From contig CAMOQR010000004.1 of assembly GCA_946623125.1 (NCBI GenBank), positions 1-51,501 on the forward strand: DNA of 51,501 bases, written 5' to 3'. Shown here in pieces: positions 38,445-46,331 of the stretch (positions are counted from its first letter, which is position 1; each line of letters opens with the position of its first letter). The translations under genes and the position numbers were made by a program. The notes below the pieces were generated by a model. It ran no database searches. It saw only the letters and a program-made list of their open reading frames with translations, and was not told the DNA's origin. The stretch is from an uncultured Bacillales bacterium (GTDB lineage Bacteria > Bacillota_I > Bacilli_A > RF39 > UBA660).

Positions 38445-39727
38445 TGTCTATTGATTTTTATAAAGAATTTGGAGAATATGGTTATCTTGCTAATTACTCA
38501 AATCATGGATTTTATAAAGATGGAGTTTATTATCCAACTGTTGAACATTTTTATCAATCTCAAAAGTTTTCTGATCCTGAAATTATAAATAAAATTATAT
38601 CTTGTAAAACTCCAAAAGAAGCATCTAATATTGGAAGATGTCGGGATTTGATTCGAAAGGATCATTTTGCAAGTCAAAAACTTCAGGTTATGGAAGAAGG
38701 AGTTTATTTAAAATTCAAACAAAATCTGGATATTCGTAGTAAATTATTTGAAACTAGAAATCAATCTATTCGAGAGATGAGTGTAAAAGAGTCTTATTGG
38801 GGAGTAGGTCCTAATTTAGATGGAGAAAATCATATTGGAAAAATATTAGAACATGTTCGGAGTCGATTGAAAGAAGATTTTTTTAAAGATTTGATTGATC
38901 AATGTCGAGATAAAAAAATATATGTAATAGGACATTCTAATCCAGATATTGATTCTTATTATTCTTCCTTTTTACTTACTAGAATTTTAAAGTCTTTTGG
39001 AATTGATTGTGTTTGTGCGGTACGTGATACTTCTTTTGCAGATTCTAAATGGATCCAGGATTATCCAATTGCTGATTATGAGGTTGTAGAAGATTACAAT
39101 TCTAAGAATTTTATTTTAGTAGATCATAATAGTTTAGATGGTATTTTAAAAGAAAATGTACTGGCAGCCTTTGATCATCATAGAATTACAGGTGAGGTAT
39201 CTAACTTATATGAGGCAGAATACTCCTCTTGTGGTTTGTTGTTATATGATTTTTTTAAAAATTATTATTCTTTTACAGAAGAAGAAAAAACGATGATTGC
39301 TTTTACGGTTCTTAGTGATACGGAGTTTCTAACTTCTAGTCGTTTTGGAGAAGAAGATCAGTTATTATATGAAGAATTAGGAATTCCTCTTCAATTAGAA
39401 GAACTTAAAAAGAAATATTTGAAGACTAATAATTTTCAATTAGATATTTGTAGTAATTTTTTTAAAGATTTTAAAAAATATAATTATGATAAATTAGTTA
39501 TTAAAAGAAGTATGATTCGAAGTTATCATGACGATTTTAATAAGTATTTTCCTATTTATCAGAAGGAAATGGATTCTTATGATATTGATTTATTAATATG
39601 GTGTGATTATGAAGATATTTCAACTTTTATATCTTATTCTGATGAGTCTTTTCAATTTCCATATTTTACTACTAGTACTTATTTGGTATTAGATTATTTA
39701 AAAGAAAAAAAATATCTTAAAAAGTAA
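38444..39727 (+). CDS. NADAR (YbiA/DUF1768) domain fused to a DHH/DHHA2 family II pyrophosphatase-like domain
   Basis: NADAR part: YPTVEHFYQSQKF, LKFKQN, SYWG, GENHIGKIL. DHH part: GHSNPDID, LVDHN, FDHH, SDT, KDFK. Confidence 0.85.
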   Translation: MSIDFYKEFGEYGYLANYSNHGFYKDGVYYPTVEHFYQSQKFSDPEIINKIISCKTPKEASNIGRCRDLIRKDHFASQKLQVMEEGVYLKFKQNLDIRSKLFETRNQSIREMSVKESYWGVGPNLDGENHIGKILEHVRSRLKEDFFKDLIDQCRDKKIYVIGHSNPDIDSYYSSFLLTRILKSFGIDCVCAVRDTSFADSKWIQDYPIADYEVVEDYNSKNFILVDHNSLDGILKENVLAAFDHHRITGEVSNLYEAEYSSCGLLLYDFFKNYYSFTEEEKTMIAFTVLSDTEFLTSSRFGEEDQLLYEELGIPLQLEELKKKYLKTNNFQLDICSNFFKDFKKYNYDKLVIKRSMIRSYHDDFNKYFPIYQKEMDSYDIDLLIWCDYEDISTFISYSDESFQFPYFTTSTYLVLDYLKEKKYLKK

Positions 39728-39738
39728 GATATTTTTTT
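39706..39738 (+). terminator. Intrinsic terminator overlapping the stop codon
   Basis: AAAAAAATATCTTA/TAAGATATTTTTTT inverted repeat. Confidence 0.7.
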
Positions 39739-39766
39739 ATAAGTTTTTTTTATTTGTTTTTATATA

Positions 39767-39833
39767 TATAAATTATTTTTATAAATGATATTAAAATTAT
39801 ATGTTTGATTTATATTACTTTTCTTAGTATTAT
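39767..39833 (+). promoter_or_regulatory. Promoter of the small ORF with a LysR-type box at about -65
   Basis: TATAA-N7-TTATA at 39767-39783; TTGATT (39805)-N17-TATTAT (39828). Confidence 0.5.
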
Positions 39834-39855
39834 CTTATTAAAGAAAGGTGATTTT

Positions 39856-40038
39856 ATGGAATCAACACATACTCAATTATATACTTTTTATTCTTGCAAG
39901 AAGATTTATTTCAGAAAAACTCCTTCTCGTTGTTTTTTATTGGAAAAGATGCCTCATTCTTTTGGAATTAGTCTTATTCCGAGGAGACCTGTTGTTGTCT
40001 CTAAAAATGGAGGTATTTTATTATTTCCAAAATCCTAG
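39856..40038 (+). CDS. Small basic 60-aa hypothetical protein
   Basis: GAAAGGTGA RBS, upstream promoter and a +strand terminator immediately after the stop. Confidence 0.55.
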   Translation: MESTHTQLYTFYSCKKIYFRKTPSRCFLLEKMPHSFGISLIPRRPVVVSKNGGILLFPKS

Positions 40039-40061
40039 ACTCTATTTAGAGTCTTTTTTTT
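40037..40061 (+). terminator. Intrinsic terminator between convergent genes
   Basis: AGACTCT-ATTT-AGAGTCT followed by a T tract on the + strand. Confidence 0.75.
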
Positions 40062-41247
40062 ATTCACTTGCTAGATTATCAAAGTATCCTTGGATATAGA
40101 CAACAGGAGTTCCTTTATCTCCACTTCCACTGGTTAGATCACATAAAGAACCAATTAAGTCTGTTAGTCTTCTTGGTGTTGTTCCTTGGGTTATCATTTT
40201 TCCTTTTAAATTACTATCTTTATTTCTAATTTCTGTTTTAATGGCTTCTTTTAATTCTTCTCCTCTTAAAGATGCATATTTATTATCAGAAATAAACTTT
40301 AATTTAATTTCATTTGGTGTACCTTCTAGACCAGGAGTGTAGGCTGGAGATACGACAGGATCTGCAAGTTCCCATATTTTTCCTACAGGATCTTTAAATG
40401 CTCCATCTCCATAAACCATTACTTCTACTGTTTTATTGGTTGCTTCTTTTATTTTCTTTTGAATACTTTCTACTAGGCTTTGTCCAGTTCTTGGGAATAG
40501 TTTTAATCTTTCTTCTGTTGATTTATTAGATCCTAACATTCCATATTCTTTGTTATAACCACTTCCATTTCTTGATGTTTGCATGATTTCATACAATCCA
40601 TAGACATTTGCACCTTTTTCTTGTAATAATTTTTTTGTTTGATATCTAGTATGAATATCACAACTTAATACATTATTTGTATATTTTAAAATATCTGTTG
40701 CATGATTTGATAAGATAAATTCTACTTGACAGTTTTCTTTTTCAATTAATTCTTTGTAGAAATCTATCATATTAATTCCTGTAAATGGATGAATCCAGTC
40801 TCCAAAATATTCTTTATATTCTTCTTCTGTAATGATAGAGTCTGTTGTGAATTTACTGTTATATAATTTTTCTTCGTCTAATATTCCATTTCCAACTTCA
40901 TCAGATGGGAATGATAATAAAACAAATAATTTTTTGGTACTTCTGGCAATTGCTTTTAAAATAATAGAAAAACGATTTCTAGATAGAATAGGAAATACAA
41001 TTCCTAGTTCTTCTGGGTTATTAAATTTTTCTTTAATATCAGCAGATACTTCATCAACTGTTACATAGTTTCCTTCTGATATTCCAACTACTGCTTCCGT
41101 AATAGCAATGATGTCTTTTTCTTTTATTTCAAAATTGTTATTTTTACTTGCTTGTAAGATGGAATCTACTACTATTTGAGATAAGTTATCTCCTTCTTTA
41201 ATAATAGGAGTTCTAATTCCTCTTACTACTGTTCCTAAATCTCTCAT
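40060..41247 (-). CDS. Coenzyme F420-0:gamma-glutamyl ligase (CofE)-like family protein
   Basis: GIRTPII.EGD.L, DII.ITEAVV, VEVMVYGDG, GSLCDL.SGSGDKGTPVV. Confidence 0.8.
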   Translation of the reverse strand: MRDLGTVVRGIRTPIIKEGDNLSQIVVDSILQASKNNNFEIKEKDIIAITEAVVGISEGNYVTVDEVSADIKEKFNNPEELGIVFPILSRNRFSIILKAIARSTKKLFVLLSFPSDEVGNGILDEEKLYNSKFTTDSIITEEEYKEYFGDWIHPFTGINMIDFYKELIEKENCQVEFILSNHATDILKYTNNVLSCDIHTRYQTKKLLQEKGANVYGLYEIMQTSRNGSGYNKEYGMLGSNKSTEERLKLFPRTGQSLVESIQKKIKEATNKTVEVMVYGDGAFKDPVGKIWELADPVVSPAYTPGLEGTPNEIKLKFISDNKYASLRGEELKEAIKTEIRNKDSNLKGKMITQGTTPRRLTDLIGSLCDLTSGSGDKGTPVVYIQGYFDNLASE

Positions 41248-41316
41248 AATACCTACCTTTCATTAAAATTATAGCATATCTTATTCTTAAAAAAATATAG
41301 ATTATTTTTCATTTTT

Positions 41317-41325
41317 TGTTATAAT
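41317..41325 (+). promoter_or_regulatory. Extended -10 sigma-A promoter
   Basis: TGTTATAAT upstream of an AGGAGG RBS. Confidence 0.55.
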
Positions 41326-41354
41326 GTAGACATATAGTACTTTTAGGAGGTCTT

Positions 41355-42770
41355 ATGGCAAGTAAAAAGACTGAGGTAAAAAATAAGAAAGATACGATTA
41401 TCCAAAAGAAGAAGGAAAAAAATGGACAATTAAGATGTCCACATTGTGGGGCAAGTGAAGTAATTCCTAATCCTAAGACTGGAAAGTTAAGATGTAATTA
41501 TTGTTTTTCTGAATTTGATGGGAATAAAGTAAAGAAGAAAGATGTAAAAGGTTTATCTGGTAAGGTTAAGGGAGAAGGGGCTAAAGACATTAAAAAAGAT
41601 GCAGAAGATGTTATTACATTAAGATGTGGAGGATGTGGAGCAGAGGTTGTGATTGATACTGCAAATGCACCATATGCGAGATGTCACTGGTGTCGAAGTT
41701 ATTTATCCATTAATGATAAGTTGGATAATGGGGCTATTCCTGATGTTATTTTACCTTTTCAATTAAAAAAAGAAGAAGCGCAAAGAGAGATTAATGAATT
41801 TGTAAAAGCAAGAAGGTTTTATGCAAATCCTGTATTTAAAAAAGAGTTTACAACGGAAAATATTATGGGGGTTTATTTTCCTTATATGTTAGTAGATGCT
41901 AATTGTCATGCTGATTTTGAAGGAGAGGCAGAACATTTGATTCGTCGTTATACTATGGGAGATGAGGGAAAGCAAACATATTATGATGCGGATTCTTATC
42001 ATGTGAAAAGAGAGTTTGATATTATGGTTCATGAATTATCTATTGAGTCTAATTCTTTAAGACTCGATAAAACAAGTAATGAACAAACAAATAATATTAT
42101 TAATTCTATTATGCCATTTGATACTGAAAATTGTATTGAATATCATTCTAATTATTTAGTAGGTTATACATCTGAGAGAAGAGATGTCAATGTTGATGAT
42201 TTAAATGATAAAGTGAGAAGGCAGTTGAAAGATGTTGCCAAGTTTTCCTTACATGAAGATATGAAATTTTATGATCGAGGAGTGCACTGGGAGAGTCAGT
42301 ATTTTAATGTATTAGGTACTCAGTGGCTTGCTGCATATCTTCCTGTCTGGTTATATAGTTATCAGGAGGTTAAGGGTAGTAGGAAGGTGCTTCATTATGT
42401 TGCAGTTAATGCAAGAACGGGAGAAGTCATGGGAAGCGTTCCTATCAATCAGCCACTTCTGTTGTTCATATCTTGTATCATTGAGATTATTTTTGGTGCA
42501 ATGGGAGTTTTTCTATTTTATACAACCTATACAAATGATGAAGATGATGGTGCAGCGCTCTTTTTATTACTTTTTGCTGCTGGTTTTATCTATTATGGTA
42601 TTATATATGCAAGGTATCGTAATAAAAGTGCTAGACATACATATGAGGCTGAGACAAAGTATGAGGTTTCTAATATGAAAAAAGAAGATCAGTTATTGCA
42701 GAGAAAAAAACAGTTAAAAAATCGTTTCATTGATGAGAGAAATGATGATATATTAGATGGAGAGAAATAA
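41355..42770 (+). CDS. Double zinc-ribbon (TFIIB-type) membrane protein
   Basis: CPHCG..CNYC and CGGCG..CHWC; PD.ILPF, GVYFPY, YLPVW, AVNARTG; two C-terminal TM helices. Confidence 0.8.
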   Translation: MASKKTEVKNKKDTIIQKKKEKNGQLRCPHCGASEVIPNPKTGKLRCNYCFSEFDGNKVKKKDVKGLSGKVKGEGAKDIKKDAEDVITLRCGGCGAEVVIDTANAPYARCHWCRSYLSINDKLDNGAIPDVILPFQLKKEEAQREINEFVKARRFYANPVFKKEFTTENIMGVYFPYMLVDANCHADFEGEAEHLIRRYTMGDEGKQTYYDADSYHVKREFDIMVHELSIESNSLRLDKTSNEQTNNIINSIMPFDTENCIEYHSNYLVGYTSERRDVNVDDLNDKVRRQLKDVAKFSLHEDMKFYDRGVHWESQYFNVLGTQWLAAYLPVWLYSYQEVKGSRKVLHYVAVNARTGEVMGSVPINQPLLLFISCIIEIIFGAMGVFLFYTTYTNDEDDGAALFLLLFAAGFIYYGIIYARYRNKSARHTYEAETKYEVSNMKKEDQLLQRKKQLKNRFIDERNDDILDGEK

Positions 42771-42785
42771 AGAAAGAGGTATATT

Positions 42786-44315
42786 ATGGTTAAAGATAAT
42801 AAAATAATTATTGGAAAAAATGAGGAAAAGGAATTATATATTGTTCCTAAGATGGCAAATCGTCATGGTATTATAACAGGGGCTAGTGGAAGTGGTAAGA
42901 CAACAACGGTTAAAGTTATGGCTGAGTCTTTTTCAAATGCGGGAATTCCTGTTTTCTATGTAGATGTTAAGGGAGATTTGGCAAGTATCTGTAAGATGGG
43001 AGAGAAAAATCCTAATGTTGATGGTAGGGTTGAAAAACTTGGACTTGAAGGTTTTCAATATCAAGCATTTCCAACTACTTTCTTTGATGTTTTTCAAAAG
43101 AGTGGACATCCTATTCGTACTACTATTTCAGATATTGGGCCAAGACTTCTTTCTCGTATGTTGGAGTTAAGTGATGCTCAAGAAGGAAATTTGGCTATTA
43201 TCTTTCAAGTTGCAGAAGATGAAGGATTACAATTAAATGATTTAGGGGATTTACAATCTTTGCTTTCCCATGTTTTAGATAATCGTGGAGATTATTCTAT
43301 GAAGTATGGTAATATTACTTCTCAAAGTATTGGTACCATTCAACGTAATTTGTTGAAGTTACAACAAGAAGGTGGAGATGTATTCTTTGGTAAGCCAGAA
43401 TTACAATTATTTGATTTATTACAATATGATAGTTATGGTCATGGTTTTATTAATGTTTTAGATGCTCAAGAGTTATATAAGAAACCTACGATGTATGCAG
43501 TATTCTTAGTATGGCTTTTAAATACGTTATATGACCATATGCCTGAGGTTGGAGATTTAGATCGTCCTAAGTTAATTTTGTTTTTAGATGAGGCACATTT
43601 AATCTTTTCTGAAATGTCTAATAATTTAATTAAACAAATTATTCAAGTTGTAAAATTAATTCGTAGTAAAGGAATAGGAGTTTATTTTATTTCTCAATCT
43701 CCGAGTGATGTGCCAGAAGAAATTTTAGCACAACTTGGTAATAAGGTTCAGCATGTTCTTAGAAGTTATACTCCAAGTGATGAGAAAGCAATCCGTGCTG
43801 CTGCTAATTCTTTCCGTAGTAATCCTAATTTTAAAACAGAAGAAGTTATTAAGGTATTAGCAACAGGAGAAGCACTTATCTCTTTCTTAAATGAAAATGG
43901 AGAACCTAATGTTGTAGAACGTGGTTTTGTGTTACCTCCTCAAAGTTTTATGGGAACCATTACGGATGCAGAACGAGAAGGAATTATTCGTTCTAGTAGA
44001 ATTTATAATAAGTATGAGAATGTTTTTAATGAAGAGTCTGCAACTGAAAAAGTAGATGTTTTAAAAAAGCAAAAAGAAGAAGCAATTGAGGCAGAAAAAA
44101 GAGCAAAAGAAGAAGCAATAGAGGCAGAAAAAAGGGCTAAAGAAGAGGCTAAGGCTTTAGAAAAAGCAGAGAGAGAAAAGAAAAAGGCTGAAGAGAAAAA
44201 GCAAAAAGAAAAAGAGCGTATGGTAAAGAAAGTTACCAATTCTGTTACGAATAAAGTTATTAATAAAGCAACTTCTAAAGTAGTTAATTCTTTATGGAAA
44301 AATCTATTTAAATAG
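42786..44315 (+). CDS. HerA-like DUF853 (YjgR family) P-loop ATPase
   Basis: ANRHGIITGASGSGKT, DVKGD, PEVGDLDRPK, DEAH, RSKGIG, QLGNKVQH. Confidence 0.9.
   Translation: MVKDNKIIIGKNEEKELYIVPKMANRHGIITGASGSGKTTTVKVMAESFSNAGIPVFYVDVKGDLASICKMGEKNPNVDGRVEKLGLEGFQYQAFPTTFFDVFQKSGHPIRTTISDIGPRLLSRMLELSDAQEGNLAIIFQVAEDEGLQLNDLGDLQSLLSHVLDNRGDYSMKYGNITSQSIGTIQRNLLKLQQEGGDVFFGKPELQLFDLLQYDSYGHGFINVLDAQELYKKPTMYAVFLVWLLNTLYDHMPEVGDLDRPKLILFLDEAHLIFSEMSNNLIKQIIQVVKLIRSKGIGVYFISQSPSDVPEEILAQLGNKVQHVLRSYTPSDEKAIRAAANSFRSNPNFKTEEVIKVLATGEALISFLNENGEPNVVERGFVLPPQSFMGTITDAEREGIIRSSRIYNKYENVFNEESATEKVDVLKKQKEEAIEAEKRAKEEAIEAEKRAKEEAKALEKAEREKKKAEEKKQKEKERMVKKVTNSVTNKVINKATSKVVNSLWKNLFK
44073..44138 (+). repeat. 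33-bp tandem duplication (KEEAIEAEKRA x2) in a charged helical linker
   Basis: Two near-identical 33-nt units followed by a partial third. Confidence 0.85.
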
Positions 44316-44323
44316 ATTTTTTT
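44298..44323 (+). terminator. Intrinsic terminator overlapping the stop codon
   Basis: Perfect palindrome AAAAATCTATTTAAATAGATTTTT. Confidence 0.7.
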
Positions 44324-44379
44324 CTTTGGTATTTTTTTTATCTTTTCTTCATAATTATTATTGATTATGGAGAGATGAT

Positions 44380-46281
44380 ATGTTTTTTAGAAAAATTGAT
44401 TTACGAATTAAAATAGTTTTTCTTTTGTTTTCATTTTTTTTATTATGTATTCTTGGAAAAGTATTTTATATCCAAGTTTTTCAATATTCTAAACTAAGTG
44501 AATTTGCCAATGATTTATGGAGTCGTAATTTAGAAATTGAGGCTGATAGGGGGAAGATACTAGATCGGAATGGAGTTGTTCTTGCGGATAATTTAACTAC
44601 TTCTTCTTTAGTTTTTATTCCTTCTCAAATTAAAGAGAAGGAACGTGTTTGTTCAGAGATATCTAAAGTTTTGGGAGTTTCTTATGATGAACTTTGGAAA
44701 CATATAACTAAAAAAACTTCTATTGAAAGAGTTCATCCAGAGGGAAGAAGATTATCTAATGAAGTGGCTGATAAGATTCGTTCTTTTCAATTTGAAGGAG
44801 TTTATTTATTAAAAGAGGCAAAACGATATTATCCTTACCAAGATTTTTTATCTCATACTTTGGGATATGTTGGAATTGATAACCAAGGTCTTTCTGGAAT
44901 TGAATTACAATATGATTCTTATCTTAAGGGAGAAAATGGTTCTATTAAATATTATTCTGATGCACATGGTACCAGACTTAATCGAAGTGAGGTTTATGTT
45001 CCTCCTACTAGTGGTATGAATGTACAATTAACTATTGATTTTAAAATCCAGCAATCTTTAGAAAGAGAGATGGATAATATTTATGATATGTTTCATCCTG
45101 ATATGGCTCTTGGAATTGTAGCGAATCCGAAAACAGGAGAATTACTTGGGATTAGTTCTTATCCTGATTTTAATCCAAATGAGTATCAAAAATATTCTAC
45201 TGAGGTATTAAGTCGTAATTTACCGATATGGGCATCTTATGAGCCGGGAAGTACTTTTAAAATCGTTACTATGGCTACTGCTGTTAATGAGAAAGTAGTT
45301 GATATCTTTCATGATCATTTTTATGATTCTGGAAAAGTTAATGTAGATGGAAGTATATTAAAATGTTGGAAAAGTAAGGGACATGGGGATCAAACTTATT
45401 TACAGGTTTTACAAAATTCTTGTAATCCTGGATTTGTTAAATTAGGTGAATTACTGGGAAAAGAAAGATTATTTTCTTATATTCGACAATTTGGTTTTGG
45501 AGAAAAAACTGGGGTTGATTTAAGTGGGGAAGGTACAGGTATCCTTTTTCCGTTTGAGAGAATTGGAAATGTCGAACTTGCAACCTCTGCTTTTGGTCAA
45601 GGACCTAGTGTTACTCCTATTCAACAAGTTATGGCAGTATCTGCTACTGTAAATGGGGGATATTTGTATCAGCCTTATATTGTAAAAAGTATTAGTGATA
45701 ATACAAATACTGTTTATTATGAAAATCATAAGATGCTAAAAAGAAGAGTCATTAGTAGTGATACTTCGGCCATCATGAGAATGGCTTTAGAAAGCGTTGT
45801 TGCAAAAGGTGGTGGAAAAAGTGCATATATTGAGGGATATCGTATTGGTGGTAAGACAGGTACTGCACAAAAACAAGAAAATGGGGTTTATTTAACAAAC
45901 AATTATATTATGTCTTTTATGAGTGTTGTTCCATCAAATGATCCTGAGGCGGTTTTTTATCTAGCAATTGATAATCCTAAAAATACGGCTATGTTATCTA
46001 GTTATACTACAACTCCAATTGCTAGACGAGTTTTACTTGATATTATTGATTCTTTAGGTATATCGAAGCAAGAGGAGGCAATGGAAAAAGATTTAGAGTG
46101 GAATGATAAGATTTATTATGATGTTCCAAATGTTATGGGAAAAAGTTTAGATGAGGCAAAAAAAATACTTGTCAATTTTGAGGTTGTAGTAGAGGGGGAG
46201 ACGGGCGTTGTTGTATCTCAGTCTCCTCCTCCTGGAGAAAGAATAGAAGATCGTAGTAAAGTTAGGCTTTTATTAGAGTAA
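44380..46281 (+). CDS. spoVD: Stage V sporulation protein D (cortex class B PBP)
   Basis: WSRNL...RG.ILDRNG, STFK, LKCWK and SCN (SpoVD-type cysteine pair), KTG, single PASTA; imperfect sigma-E-like CATAATT at 44350. Confidence 0.88.
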   Translation: MFFRKIDLRIKIVFLLFSFFLLCILGKVFYIQVFQYSKLSEFANDLWSRNLEIEADRGKILDRNGVVLADNLTTSSLVFIPSQIKEKERVCSEISKVLGVSYDELWKHITKKTSIERVHPEGRRLSNEVADKIRSFQFEGVYLLKEAKRYYPYQDFLSHTLGYVGIDNQGLSGIELQYDSYLKGENGSIKYYSDAHGTRLNRSEVYVPPTSGMNVQLTIDFKIQQSLEREMDNIYDMFHPDMALGIVANPKTGELLGISSYPDFNPNEYQKYSTEVLSRNLPIWASYEPGSTFKIVTMATAVNEKVVDIFHDHFYDSGKVNVDGSILKCWKSKGHGDQTYLQVLQNSCNPGFVKLGELLGKERLFSYIRQFGFGEKTGVDLSGEGTGILFPFERIGNVELATSAFGQGPSVTPIQQVMAVSATVNGGYLYQPYIVKSISDNTNTVYYENHKMLKRRVISSDTSAIMRMALESVVAKGGGKSAYIEGYRIGGKTGTAQKQENGVYLTNNYIMSFMSVVPSNDPEAVFYLAIDNPKNTAMLSSYTTTPIARRVLLDIIDSLGISKQEEAMEKDLEWNDKIYYDVPNVMGKSLDEAKKILVNFEVVVEGETGVVVSQSPPPGERIEDRSKVRLLLE

Positions 46282-46331
46282 AATTGGTACAAAATTCTAT
46301 AGTTTATGATAAAATAATGTTGGTGATTTCT

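Noticed and set aside
39848-40099. Alternative 83-aa ORF
   Set aside because: Its GTG lies inside the RBS of the 39856 ORF, and it runs through the terminator into the convergent gene.
42786-44315. HerA-like ATPase as a defence system (e.g. Sir2-HerA)
   Set aside because: Motifs match the widespread DUF853/YjgR family and no nuclease or Sir2 partner is adjacent.
19014-44379. Accessory block as a prophage, ICE or single genomic island
   Set aside because: No integrase, transposase, phage or conjugation genes and no flanking direct repeats were seen; most genes share the local composition.
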